61,225 bases of DNA. It comes from an uncultured bacterium (GTDB taxonomy: Bacteria > Pseudomonadota > Alphaproteobacteria > Rs-D84). Below, in pieces: positions 31,729-43,949 of the stretch. How positions within the stretch are numbered: position 1 is the first letter of the stretch; each line of letters begins with the position of its first letter. The stretch lies in the NCBI GenBank assembly GCA_950096895.1, contig CATNBF010000005.1, positions 1 to 61,225 on the forward strand, read 5' to 3'. The position numbers and the translations under genes were made by a program. The notes beneath the pieces were generated by a model that saw only the letters and a list, made by a program, of their open reading frames with translations, did not search any database and was not told the origin of the DNA.

Positions 31729-33483
31729 TTATGCCTGTGCCCGAAAGCCGATGCGTTTTGCAATCCCCGCGTTATTGTGGATCGAGAGCAGCTCATCAAT
31801 TTTTTCGATGGTGAATTCCGTTGGCGCATCATCGCAATTATTCGCCAATAATTGGCGACGTAAAATCGCGGTCAGTTCCCGTTGCAGTGTACGAACCCCG
31901 TCTTCGGCCGTATAATTACGAATGATGTGGCGCACGGCATCGTCGGATATTGTGATATGATCCGGATTCCATCCGGTGTCGCGGGCCGCACGGCCGATTA
32001 AATGTTCGCGTGCAATTTTAACCTTGTCTTCTTCACTATAACCCGGGATTTCAATAATTTCCATCCGGTCTTTTAGGGCGGCGGACAAGTTCAAACTGTT
32101 TGCTGTTGCGATAAAGACCACATTCGATAGGTCAAAGTCCACCTCTAGGTAATGATCGCGAAATGTTTTGTTTTGTTCTGGATCCAGAATTTCCAGCAAT
32201 GCAGATTCTGGGTCCCCGCGCCAATCGCGTCCCATCTTGTCAATTTCATCCAAGACAATAACCGGATTATTCGCATGACAGCGTTTTAAGGCATCCATAA
32301 TGCGGCCTGTTTGGGCCCCGATATAGGTCTTGCGGTGACCACGGAAATGCGCTTCGTCGGAAACCCCCCCCAGCGAGATTCGGTGATATTTACGCCCCAG
32401 TGCCGCCGCCACAGATTTCCCCAGTGACGTTTTACCCACACCCGGTGCCCCAACCAAACACAAGATTGTACCATTACGGCCACCGGTCTTTTTCATCACG
32501 GCAATATGTTCCAGAATACGTTCTTTGACCGCGTCCATCCCAGAATGTTGGGAATTTAAGATATCGCGTGCCGCCGTTAAATCAATGGGGGCGGCATCTG
32601 ATTTATCCCATGGCATGGCCAACAATTCATCCAGGTACGCCTTTAACAATGCGCCTTCGTTTGACATGGGTGACATGGATCGCATGCGCTTCCATTCAGA
32701 CAAGGCTTTTTCCTTGGCCTCTGGGGTCATTGCACTGCGCGTAATGCGGCGACGCATGTTTTCTGTATCAACTTCGTCACTGTCGCCCATTTCACGTTGA
32801 ATGGCCCGCATCTTTTCTTGCAAAATCGCTTCGCGGCGGCCAGATTCCATCTGTTGATGAACGCGCCGATTAATAGAATCTTCGATTTTGGCGGTTTCAA
32901 TCATCAAATTAACCTGTTCCAGCAATTGGGTTAATTTATCTTGCCATGTGTTGGCCATTAAAATGCGAACGGATATCTCTGGCTCGATCTCGGTCATTTG
33001 GACAACCGCATCAATAAACGCAGGCAGGGGATAGTTCTGGACAATATTACGTAATTTATCCACCTTTAATCGTCGCATAGTGGCCAGTGATTGCATGTTT
33101 TCGGCAATCTTGTCCCGTAATGACATGTTTTGGTCTGTTTCCATGTCGTCAATGACATCTATCGCATCGACATTGGCGGTAAAGATCCCATCTTCGATTG
33201 CAATCTGGTCCATACGAACCGCCGCGGTTGTGCGGAATATGGCGTGAATGGCCCCGTCGGGCATGCGTAACACCTGGGCAATATCGCCAATGGTGCCGAC
33301 ATTAAAAATATCATCTGGGGCGGTGGGATAGTTCCATGAATGCTGTGGCACCAGGACAATTCGTCCTGTATTTTTTGCCGCTGTTTCAACGCATGATACC
33401 GACACTGGGTTATCCAGATAAATCGGTACGGTTAATCCCGGGTGTACAACCAATTCTCGGACAGGTAAAATATATTCTTTCAT
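31729..33483 (-). CDS. Lon-family AAA+ protein (LON N-domain + AAA+) lacking the protease domain
   Basis: LPVRELVVHPG, LLAMPW, CLVGAPGVGKTSLG, GHRKTYIGA, LDEIDKMG, ALLEILDPEQN; stops after YTAEDGVRTLQREL with no DGPSAG. Confidence 0.85.
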   Translation of the reverse strand: MKEYILPVRELVVHPGLTVPIYLDNPVSVSCVETAAKNTGRIVLVPQHSWNYPTAPDDIFNVGTIGDIAQVLRMPDGAIHAIFRTTAAVRMDQIAIEDGIFTANVDAIDVIDDMETDQNMSLRDKIAENMQSLATMRRLKVDKLRNIVQNYPLPAFIDAVVQMTEIEPEISVRILMANTWQDKLTQLLEQVNLMIETAKIEDSINRRVHQQMESGRREAILQEKMRAIQREMGDSDEVDTENMRRRITRSAMTPEAKEKALSEWKRMRSMSPMSNEGALLKAYLDELLAMPWDKSDAAPIDLTAARDILNSQHSGMDAVKERILEHIAVMKKTGGRNGTILCLVGAPGVGKTSLGKSVAAALGRKYHRISLGGVSDEAHFRGHRKTYIGAQTGRIMDALKRCHANNPVIVLDEIDKMGRDWRGDPESALLEILDPEQNKTFRDHYLEVDFDLSNVVFIATANSLNLSAALKDRMEIIEIPGYSEEDKVKIAREHLIGRAARDTGWNPDHITISDDAVRHIIRNYTAEDGVRTLQRELTAILRRQLLANNCDDAPTEFTIEKIDELLSIHNNAGIAKRIGFRAQA

Positions 33484-33580
33484 AGCCACATTAATATAGG
33501 TTATTTTTTTCATTTTTCAAGGTAAATAAAAATCCCACCCATTGGGCGGGATTTCATCGGTAAAAACCGAAATGTTATCT

Positions 33581-33808
33581 TTAGCGGCGGCGGTTAAAGT
33601 TGCCGTGTTGGGCCGCGCCACTGGACCGTTTTGATAAATAACGGGCCGCAATTAACGCCAACCATTCAAACGCCAGTAATCCCATATAACCAACTTTCAT
33701 GTCAATACCGTTAACCCAACCCAAAATATAAACAATCTGGGCCAAGAACGAGATATACAAAATCCCAAATACGCCGGTAAAGAATACTTTTTTAACTTTT
33801 CCAAACAT
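33581..33808 (-). CDS. small two-TM membrane protein
   Basis: AAAGG RBS then MFGKVKK, two hydrophobic stretches; the longer ORF call overlaps the tmRNA. Confidence 0.6.
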   Translation of the reverse strand: MFGKVKKVFFTGVFGILYISFLAQIVYILGWVNGIDMKVGYMGLLAFEWLALIAARYLSKRSSGAAQHGNFNRRR

Positions 33809-33837
33809 TTTTTTGCCTTTCCATTCATTAATATTCA

Positions 33838-34110
33838 ATGTCCGGTTTCTGGTGCCAGGTACCGGACAAACCCCGCAATCGCTAAAACGAATACAATCAA
33901 CAATTGCCAACTGTATTCAACGCCACATTAGGCAGCCATTGCAAGACGAACATTATCGTTCGCATTCATTTTTTATTTGGTCTTTTACGACACCACGTCG
34001 GATTCAGCCATATACCTTTATTACGCCTGTCGAAACTGTATCATCCCCATGATTTTTTAGTGGTGGAGATGCCGGGTACCGCCCCCGGGTCCAAAACGTC
34101 TATTCCGTAA
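33838..34110 (-). ncRNA. ssrA: circularly permuted two-piece tmRNA, tag reading frame ANDNVRLAMAA
   Basis: Acceptor piece ...GACCCGGGGGCGGTACCCGGCATCTCCACCA ends at 34061, short spacer, coding piece starts GGGGATGA at 34048; tag ORF 33963-33928; outer ends approximate. Confidence 0.92.
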
Positions 34111-34189
34111 AGGGTTCAGAATCATCACCGTTTGCACGGCACATACATTATAATCTTTCCGGTGGAAATTGCAAGTTTTTAAGTTATAA

Positions 34190-35708
<1,519 letters not shown>

Positions 35709-35773
35709 AAATTTTGCTTTTTACTTTCACCTGTGATAGTATTCTGCACAGAAATAACAAAGGAGAAAAAAAT

Positions 35774-36397
35774 ATGCCCGTATCATTAAAAGGCACACAA
35801 ACAGAAAAGAATTTGTTGATGGCATTTGCCGGTGAATCCCAGGCACGTAACCGCTATACCTTTTTTGCGTCCAAGGCCAAAGACGAAGGATATCAGGCAA
35901 TCGCCAAAATCTTTCTGGAAACCGCAGATCATGAAAAAGAACATGCGTCACGCTTGTTCAAGTTCTTAGAAGGTGGCGTTCTGGAAATCACAGCGACATT
36001 CCCGGCGGGAAAAATTGGCACAACGCTGGAAAATCTTCAGGCATCTGCATTTGGTGAAAATGAAGAAAACACAGAAATGTACCCGAAATTCGCGCAAATT
36101 GCCGCCCAAGAAGGTTTTGATGCCATCGCAGATATTTTCAAAAACATCGGCTATGCCGAACGGTATCACGAATCACGGTTCAAGGCCTTGGCCGAAGCCA
36201 TTGAAAACGGCACCTTGTTCAAGTCAGATCGGGTTGTTATGTGGCGGTGCACAAACTGTGGAAACTGGCACATCGGGACCGAAGCCCCATCCGTATGCCC
36301 GGCATGTTTACATGCCCAAGGTTATTTCATCAGCGAAGGTATTGCCGCCCGCTGTGATACGAACGAAGGTTTTTGTGAATACACAACCATTGATTAA
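35774..36397 (+). CDS. rbr: rubrerythrin
   Basis: AFAGESQARNRY, EKEHA, WRCTNCG...CPAC. Confidence 0.93.
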   Translation: MPVSLKGTQTEKNLLMAFAGESQARNRYTFFASKAKDEGYQAIAKIFLETADHEKEHASRLFKFLEGGVLEITATFPAGKIGTTLENLQASAFGENEENTEMYPKFAQIAAQEGFDAIADIFKNIGYAERYHESRFKALAEAIENGTLFKSDRVVMWRCTNCGNWHIGTEAPSVCPACLHAQGYFISEGIAARCDTNEGFCEYTTID

Positions 36398-36442
36398 GAA
36401 AATCCCCCATTTGGGGGATTTTTAATTGGGTATCTTTGAAAT

Positions 36443-37511
36443 TTATTGTTGCAACAGGGCCAACATAAAATCATCCAGATCCCCATCCAAAACCGCATCA
36501 GAATCTGTCTTTTCAACACCCGTGCGTACATCTTTGACCAATTGATATGGATATAAGACATAGTTTCGAATCTGGCTGCCCCATTCGATCTTTTTTTGGG
36601 CCGCCTTGGCCGCGTCTTCTTCGGCCGCGCGTTTTTGCATTTCCAGTTCGTACAGTTTACTGCGCAGCATTTTCATCGCCATTTCGCGGTTTTGAATTTG
36701 GCTGCGTTCATTCTGGCATGTAACAACGGTATTGGTGGGGATGTGCGTGATGCGAACCGCGCTATCGGTTTTATTAACGTGTTGTCCGCCCGCGCCCGAT
36801 GCCCGGTATGTATCAATCCGCAGATCTTTGTCATTGATTTCGATTTCAATTGTATCATCAATGTCTGGCCATACGTCAACGGACGCAAAGCTGGTCTGGC
36901 GTTTTCCATTGGCATTGAACGGTGAAATTCGCACCAGACGATGAACCCCAATTTCATTTTTCAACCATCCATACGCCCGCAGTCCTGATATGCGATAGGT
37001 AATGTTCTTGATGCCGGCGGTGTCGCCTTCGTGTTCTTCAATAATTTCCACAGAAAATCCATGCCGTTCGGCCCAACGGGCATACATACGTGACAGCATT
37101 TGCGCCCAATCTTGGGCCTCGGTCCCGCCGGCACCGGCCTGGATAAATAAAAATGCCCCATTGTTATCCGCCGGATCCCGGAACAAAGTTACAAACTTTG
37201 CCCGATGGGCTGCATCCCGAAGTGTTTCAATCGCCGAAATCACATCCCCATCATCGGGGGCCAATTCATACAATTCAACCAGGTTGTTGTATTCTGATTC
37301 CAGCGCGTTCAGTTCGCCTAGTGATTTTTCCAATGCGGATTTTTTTTGTAAAACTGTTCGCGCCGTATCCGGATTATCCCATAAATTGGGATCATTTACC
37401 GTGATATCCAGATCGGCAATTTCGGATTTTAATTTATCTGGGTCAAAGAAACCCCCTGACGGCAGAAATGTCGTCGTGGATTTGTGTTAAAACGTCGTTT
37501 GGTATAATCAT
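36443..37511 (-). CDS. prfB: peptide chain release factor 2 with programmed +1 frameshift
   Basis: ATG 37511; internal SD AGGGGG then CTT TGA C (37448-37442); SPF and GGQ motifs. Confidence 0.96.
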
Positions 37512-37619
37512 GATTGATTATGGTACCAAGTTATTTGATTAAATCAATAGATAAATGATTGCCTTTTGTTCGCCAATGTGTTAAAATTTATTGTAATTAA
37601 GTAGAGAGGGGATCCAACA

Positions 37620-38849
37620 ATGAAGAATATTGCATTCGCATTTGGTTTAATTGGTGCCTGTTTTACCGCACCGATGGCCATGGGGGTGTCTGTGACGGGT
37701 GATACCATGTCACGCGCCGGAATCACCACGCCAACCAATAATCGCGGATACCAAGGCGCGGCCAACGCCTATCGCGAGAATCAGCGGAACACATACTTTA
37801 TGGTGACCCAGCCCGATGTTGACACCGCATGCCGGGAAAAAATTTACAAGTGTTTGTCGGATTATTGCGGCGATGTGACGGTTGTTCCTGGTCAACGATC
37901 GGGACGTTGCACCTATGCCACAGAGAGCGAGCTGTATAACTACGCCTTACTCTGTCTGCAAAAGGATAACAGCATTTTGTTACCGCAATACGGTGCCAAT
38001 ACCAAGAATTCTGTGGGGGGAATGAATACGGCGGCGCGTCTGTGCCCATCATACGTTCAACAAGAATTAATGTCTTATTTATCCATGGCAAATATGGCTA
38101 ATCAGTTAAGCAAGTCGCATTCTGATCTGTGTTTGAAACGTCGCCAAGAATTAGAAGCGGCAATGTCGTGCCATTCGGTGGCATTAGCATACGGTAACGA
38201 AACGACCAGTATGTTAACAACGCAATTAACCGACGCATGCGGTTCGGGTGTCCCTGGCGGCAGTGCAGAAATGGTCAGCCGCTTTGCCAATGCGGGTAAT
38301 ATCGGTGCCAATGTATGGGGATGGGCCGAACAAATTGTAAACTTGAACCTGAATCAAAAGGGTTCTGGGTGGCAAGCGTCGGTGGATGCCGTCCTGGCCA
38401 GTTATACAAATCGGATGAATTTGGCCTGTGGTGATGATATGCAAATGAATACGGCCAATTATCCCACCGCGTCGGCATCACAACCAACAACATTGCAAAC
38501 TGCGGCCACTTTGGCCCTGGGGGTGGCATTCCCGACGGCAAATGCACCGATTGTTGAAAATCCATACGAAAACTGGTCTGTGTGGCAAGAAATAACCAGT
38601 ATGTCTGAAATCTATGATTTCCCAACCGCGCGCCAGGTTGTCAATGCCGGTCTGTCGAATGCGGCAACAACACAAAATGCGTTCTTAACATCGGCCCAAA
38701 TGGACGCCATGCAAACGGCGTATAAACGGGGTACCAAGGTGTTTATCGTTCGGGACAGTGCACGGTGCTATATCGTACCAGTGGCCCAAATGACGGACAA
38801 GGAAACATCCCAAGTGGCCCAATCTTTTGCCAATTGCATCAGCAAATAA
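37620..38849 (+). CDS. secreted hypothetical protein with paired Cys
   Basis: Signal peptide, RBS GAGGGG, downstream terminator. Confidence 0.75.
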   Translation: MKNIAFAFGLIGACFTAPMAMGVSVTGDTMSRAGITTPTNNRGYQGAANAYRENQRNTYFMVTQPDVDTACREKIYKCLSDYCGDVTVVPGQRSGRCTYATESELYNYALLCLQKDNSILLPQYGANTKNSVGGMNTAARLCPSYVQQELMSYLSMANMANQLSKSHSDLCLKRRQELEAAMSCHSVALAYGNETTSMLTTQLTDACGSGVPGGSAEMVSRFANAGNIGANVWGWAEQIVNLNLNQKGSGWQASVDAVLASYTNRMNLACGDDMQMNTANYPTASASQPTTLQTAATLALGVAFPTANAPIVENPYENWSVWQEITSMSEIYDFPTARQVVNAGLSNAATTQNAFLTSAQMDAMQTAYKRGTKVFIVRDSARCYIVPVAQMTDKETSQVAQSFANCISK

Positions 38850-39421
38850 AATTCCCCGCCGCATGGTGGGATTTTTTTATCATTGCCCAGATGATAATTT
38901 ATGCGCCCCCCGGCATTTTGAATTGGGTGCCGCCCCCCCTTTGTCGCCGCGGCGGTGGCGTTACACCGTCATGGCGGGACAGTGGCCCTTTATTAATAAT
39001 ACCATTATGCTTATACACATTGTTATCGGTTGTGGGGCCTAATACCACCGTATCCTTGCAATGGCACATGCATTTGGGTGTAATCACAACGCAGCGGTCA
39101 TTCCCGAACACTTGGTGTTATTTGTTTACCGCACCAGCCCCAGGCCGGCCCACATGCATCCGGTTTCATGGGATTGATCGCCGGTCTGGGATGATGCGAT
39201 GCCGTCGTCACATCCCGATCATGCCAGACCGCTATGCAATGTGTGATGCGTCATGGACGTCAAGCGGGCGTCAGTTTTTACGATTTGAACGCAGAATCCA
39301 CGCAAAAAAACGCATCAAAACATGGATCGAATGTGATGCAAAAAAATGGCAAACAGCGTGAAAATTCACTTGTAAAAAATCGCGGAACCGGTTATAATTC
39401 CTGGCGTAGAACAAAAAAGAC

Positions 39422-39527
39422 CTATGCCTAATCTAAACCACCCTTTGGATTAGGCATTTTTTTTATTTTCAAAAACACCGGATTTCCGCCATTTCTGAAA
39501 GTGCCTACTATGCCTAATCCAAAGGGT
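39422..39527 (+). repeat. CTATGCC three-arm palindromic leader element, copy B
   Basis: Perfect 18-bp inverted repeat 39440-39457 / 39510-39527; arms match copies A and C; follows TTGTAA-17-TATAAT (39370-39398). Confidence 0.85.
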
Positions 39528-39613
39528 CAGTTTCATCCTGTGAAACCCTTCCTTTTGCATTTGGCACGATGTAATGGAATCTTTACATCATAAATATAAA
39601 GGAGCAGATAATC

Positions 39614-40495
39614 ATGAAAAAAGTTGCGATTCTATACATTGCCTTGGGTCGTTACATTGTATTTTGGCGGGATTTTTATGAATCTTGCGAACGATACTTG
39701 GGGCCTTGTGAAAAACATTATTTTATCTGGACAGATAATCAAGAATTTGATTACTGTGATGCGCCCAATGTGACGGTTATCCCGGCGACACGTCGGGGCT
39801 GGCCGTATGATACATTGATGCGGTTCGAAATGTTTTTGGGCCAAGAAAGCGCATTGAAAAACTATGATTACGTTTATTTCTTTAACGCCAATATGGAATT
39901 TATCGCCCCTGTGGATTTGGCCGAAATTATACCATGCCCGTGGCACGATGGACTGGTTGCGGGATCGCATCCTGGGCGTTGGGGGGCGGGGGATACCTTG
40001 GCACACGAAATCGACAGCTTTCCCTATGAACGTCGTCCAGAATCAACCGCCTATATTCCCTTTGGGGCGGGGCGTTATTATGTCTGTGGGGCGTTTAATG
40101 GGGGAACGTCCGCGGCCTATTTGACGATGTGTAAAACACTGGCCCAGAATATACAAACCGATTTACAGCATGGCATTGTTGCACGTGTTGATGACGAAAG
40201 TCACTTGAATGCGTATTTATTAAATCGAAACTTCCGCTTGTGCGGGCGGGCCTATGGTTTTCCCGAAGGTAAGTTAAAACACATTCCGTCTATTGGGATG
40301 CCGATGGTAAAAATTATCAGTCGTCACAAAGACAGTCCGAAATACGGTGGGGTGTCATGGCTGCGGGGGAAAACAGATAAAAAAATGCCCAACAATTGGT
40401 TTACCCGGAACGTAATGCGGGGATGCGCCCGTGTGGTTGCCGTGTTTATACCGGTGCGTTCTGTGCGTCAACGTGTTCGAACCTATTTTGGGTAA
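39614..40495 (+). CDS. family 6 glycosyltransferase (ABO-like)
   Basis: IALGRY, FFNAN (NXN in place of DXD), GAFNGG, DESHLN. Confidence 0.88.
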   Translation: MKKVAILYIALGRYIVFWRDFYESCERYLGPCEKHYFIWTDNQEFDYCDAPNVTVIPATRRGWPYDTLMRFEMFLGQESALKNYDYVYFFNANMEFIAPVDLAEIIPCPWHDGLVAGSHPGRWGAGDTLAHEIDSFPYERRPESTAYIPFGAGRYYVCGAFNGGTSAAYLTMCKTLAQNIQTDLQHGIVARVDDESHLNAYLLNRNFRLCGRAYGFPEGKLKHIPSIGMPMVKIISRHKDSPKYGGVSWLRGKTDKKMPNNWFTRNVMRGCARVVAVFIPVRSVRQRVRTYFG

Positions 40496-40547
40496 ATGGG
40501 GTATTGTGCGGCTTGCATATGGGGGGAAATTTTGGTATAATTTTCAT

Positions 40548-41693
40548 ATGCAAATATCCAGACGCAGTCTTTTAAGAATAACAGGGATTGGGGTTTTATT
40601 GATTGGCAATTTGCCCCGTGTGGCGTTTGCGGCACGAAATTCACTGAAATCTATGCGCACAGGGGTTCAGCCTGGAAATAAAAGCCGCCTGGTGATTGAA
40701 ACCGCGTTGCGTCCGTCATACACGCTAAGCTATCTGGAAAATCAGCTGGTGGTTAGTATTGCCAATACACCCGCCAATCAATCGGTGCGGGCCAAATTGG
40801 CAGATTCCGCATTGGTAAAATCTGTATCCCAGGTTCAACACGGCGATCGTTTGCAAATTATTGCCAACTTGCGTCAATCAATCGGCCAAATTCCCAAGAA
40901 TCAAATTATGATCTTGGAACCTAATGGGGATAATGATTATCGGTTGGTGTTGGATTTCTCGGTTGGGAATCCCATTACGATTGCCGCTGACACCACAGTG
41001 GCCAAGCCTGCGGCGGAAAAGCATGTGATTGTCATTGATGCCGGCCACGGGGGCAAGGATCCTGGCTGTATCGGCAAAGGGGGAACCAAAGAAAAAACTA
41101 TCGTTTTGGCGGTGGCAAAGAAATTGAAAAAGCAATTAGATGCGGCCGGATTCAAAACATATTTAACACGCAGTACGGATGAATACTTAAAATTGGGTGA
41201 ACGTGCGGCGATTGCCGAACGGCGCAAGGCGGATTTATTCTTGTCGTTGCATGCCAATGCAAACCCCAGCCGTGCGGTCAAGGGCTTTTCAATTTATACA
41301 TTATCAGAAAAGGCATCTGACGAAGAAGCCCGCAAATTGGCAGAGGCAGAAAATGCCGCAGATAAAATCGGGGTCAAGGGATTTGGTGGCTTTGAAAAAG
41401 AAGTGCGTGCGGCATTGTCTTCGTTGCAACAACATGCGGTCGCAGAAATGAGTGAAGAATACGCCACAAGCTGTTCTAAATCTTTCCGCAGTGCCAGTAT
41501 CACCGCGCAACCCGGGCCCGGCGTGCGCCATGCCCCATTTGCGGTCTTGCGGTCAACGGTGCCTGGGGCGTTATTAGAACTGGGGCATTTATCAAATGCC
41601 GCCGAAGAAAAATTATTATCATCCGATGCGCATCAAAACAAACTGGTTAATGCGATTGTGAAATCGGTTAAAAACTATAACTTTGACGTATAA
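40548..41693 (+). CDS. amiC: N-acetylmuramoyl-L-alanine amidase with Tat signal and AMIN domain
   Basis: SRRSLL, IDAGHGGKDPG, SLHANA, LLELGHLSN. Confidence 0.88.
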   Translation: MQISRRSLLRITGIGVLLIGNLPRVAFAARNSLKSMRTGVQPGNKSRLVIETALRPSYTLSYLENQLVVSIANTPANQSVRAKLADSALVKSVSQVQHGDRLQIIANLRQSIGQIPKNQIMILEPNGDNDYRLVLDFSVGNPITIAADTTVAKPAAEKHVIVIDAGHGGKDPGCIGKGGTKEKTIVLAVAKKLKKQLDAAGFKTYLTRSTDEYLKLGERAAIAERRKADLFLSLHANANPSRAVKGFSIYTLSEKASDEEARKLAEAENAADKIGVKGFGGFEKEVRAALSSLQQHAVAEMSEEYATSCSKSFRSASITAQPGPGVRHAPFAVLRSTVPGALLELGHLSNAAEEKLLSSDAHQNKLVNAIVKSVKNYNFDV

Positions 41694-41796
41694 AAGACCG
41701 GGTCAAAATGCCCCGATAATTTTATTCATTCATCCCTATGGCGTGGGTGAATGCTGGTGTGATAGAATAAGGGGTGCAACCAAAAGGAATCATAAA

Positions 41797-41973
41797 ATGC
41801 CATTGATCAAGGGATGTTCGCGCCGCGCCATTTCTGAAAACATTCGAACCGAAACCCGCGCAGGTCGACCCCATAAACAGGCGGTCGCCATCGCATTATC
41901 CATTGCCGACAAAAACGCCGCGAAATGCAAGGCACGTACGCCGAAAACCAAATCCACGAAATCGTCGCGATAA
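41797..41973 (+). CDS. small basic phage-type protein
   Basis: MPLIKGCSRRAISENIRTE...RPHKQAVAIALSIA resembles a small protein seen near phage head genes. Confidence 0.65.
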   Translation: MPLIKGCSRRAISENIRTETRAGRPHKQAVAIALSIADKNAAKCKARTPKTKSTKSSR

Positions 41974-42001
41974 TCCGCGTGTCCGGGCATGTGGACGTTC
42001 C

Positions 42002-42492
42002 TTACATTGTAATGGCACCGCCCGTGTTATTGATATGAAACGTGTTGCCAAATTCAAACTCGTCCGGGCGGCACCATTTGTCACATCCGGATTGAATGGA
42101 TATTTTCATAAGATTTTCGGCGATGTCAAAATTTAATTCACAATCTTCGAATTCGCGACGGTCCATGTTACGCCGCCGATACTCTGCAATGGCAAGACCG
42201 GATGCATGTTTGTCATTATCAATATGTAATTTACCCCACATGATACACACCGAATGAAACGGTTTGCCGTGTTCCATTGTCATTTGAAAAAGCATACGTT
42301 ATCGTGACAACTTGAAATCTTTATTTTGACCGGTTCACAGCCCTCATCAACTATTTCTTGGCGGATGTCATCATAATAATAACATGATTCCCATTTGTTT
42401 TCTTGTAAAAACAGATTATCTTTTGCACTACAAAAATCAGGGAAAACAGTGCAGAATACAAAACAAATTATTAAACCACGTTTATATCGCAT
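42002..42492 (-). pseudogene. secreted hypothetical protein, frameshifted
   Basis: Signal-peptide ORF 42280-42492 and ORF 42002-42295 join if the T5 run (42287-42291) were T6. Confidence 0.6.
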
Positions 42493-42663
42493 TATTGCCC
42501 CCGTTTGATTATATTATAACCCTTGCATAAAATGTTCATATGTCCAAAGATTAGTTGGGCATTATACTTTTTTATTGATTGATTCATGATGCCGCCGCAT
42601 AATTTATCCCATGAAGTTTATTAAAGCGTTATTTGGAAATTTTTTCCTGGGGTAAGTGATAAA

Positions 42664-43038
42664 ATGCTAAAAAAAATTTTTCTTATATTTCTTGTGCTTT
42701 TAAATATTAATCCAGTGGGTGCGGACACGTCCCAAAATATATTACGTCTGCAAACGGATACGTATTTTATAGAGATTCATGGCCGTGCAGATAATGATTT
42801 TACCTATTATTCATGGAAGAAGAAAAGTTACAATAAAGATAAACCGGATTTAATTCTATTAAATGGCGCGATGGATTATGACGGCAGTGGGGGAAATATA
42901 TCATATACGTTCCGGAACGGTACCTATACATACGAAATATATCAACATGTCATAGGTACCGAATTTACACCCCCTTATTCGTTAAGCGTTTATGATAATA
43001 ATAAATTAATTTTGAATCAGCCTGCACACCCCCTTTAA
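42664..43038 (+). CDS. secreted hypothetical protein
   Basis: Signal peptide; YYSW...PDLILLNG...DGSGGN.SYTFRNGTYTY. Confidence 0.7.
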   Translation: MLKKIFLIFLVLLNINPVGADTSQNILRLQTDTYFIEIHGRADNDFTYYSWKKKSYNKDKPDLILLNGAMDYDGSGGNISYTFRNGTYTYEIYQHVIGTEFTPPYSLSVYDNNKLILNQPAHPL

Positions 43039-43040
43039 TA

Positions 43041-43949
43041 TTAATAGAAATAATAATAGTTATTGTTAAACATTTCCCATTCATAGTTTCGGCGATTTAT
43101 TAATCCTGTTGAAACTTTGCCATTGCTGCGATTCCATGCTTTCCAAGCTTTTTCTTGTGTGGGATAAATATTACTAACATAATTTTTATCATTTATATAT
43201 TTTACAATTGTAGAATTTTTGAAATTTCCAGCCCCAATATTGAATGCAAGTGATACCAATGCATCATATTGATTCTGCGATAGGGGGTGCGTAATATTCT
43301 CTTGAACCACACGCTGCGCTTTCGCGATATCATTCATTAATAATTCCGTTGCCTGTTTTTCGGTTAAGCCTTTGGAGAAATCTTCGCCCGGCTTGATTAA
43401 ATGCCCGTATCCGATTGTCGCCCCTTTGGGCAAAGGACCATCGGGCAGAATCGGAAATTTGGTTCTGTCGTCATAAATTATATGTTTGTCGTTTTGCTTA
43501 ACGCATCCTTCTTTGTCTTTTAACCATTCAATACCGCGGTCACTTATTTTCATATCTTTTGCTTCCTTTTCTTGTGGTTCATTTGTTTTTGTCATGTATT
43601 TTTTGCTTTGCAGGGTGCGGCCATCTTCGTCGACAATATCTTGGGTTATATAACATTGACAGTTGGGATGGACCGGCATCTCTGGAATGTCTGCAACATC
43701 AAAAAAGACTGCGCCGTCACGTGCACCGCATTTTTCGCACATGTTGTGGCCATTTTCGGCGTGCCAAATCCACACGCGCATAACTTTGCGAAAGTCGGGC
43801 AGGTCCAAATCATATGTTTCTAAAAATCGCTTTTGAACATAACCGCCTGGTTCCAGAACGTGAACGGGAATGCGTTCATCGGTGACAACAAAATCTTCGA
43901 TATCAAAATCGTACCCTAATATTTCAAAGGATTCCCCGTATTCGTCCAA
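43041..43949 (-). CDS. MuF/minor-head-like domain fused to GH24 phage lysozyme (5' region decayed)
   Basis: CEKCGARDG...PVHPNCQC; then KDKEG, TIGYGH, QYDALVSLAFNIG, GLINRRNYE. Confidence 0.8.
   Translation of the reverse strand: MDEYGESFEILGYDFDIEDFVVTDERIPVHVLEPGGYVQKRFLETYDLDLPDFRKVMRVWIWHAENGHNMCEKCGARDGAVFFDVADIPEMPVHPNCQCYITQDIVDEDGRTLQSKKYMTKTNEPQEKEAKDMKISDRGIEWLKDKEGCVKQNDKHIIYDDRTKFPILPDGPLPKGATIGYGHLIKPGEDFSKGLTEKQATELLMNDIAKAQRVVQENITHPLSQNQYDALVSLAFNIGAGNFKNSTIVKYINDKNYVSNIYPTQEKAWKAWNRSNGKVSTGLINRRNYEWEMFNNNYYYFY

Noticed and set aside
36443-37511. Apparently truncated or broken prfB
   Set aside because: Canonical programmed +1 frameshift (SD plus CTT TGA C); normal biology
38765-39361. 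198-aa ORF from the track
   Set aside because: Starts inside the previous gene, crosses a terminator, and has no RBS or recognisable motif
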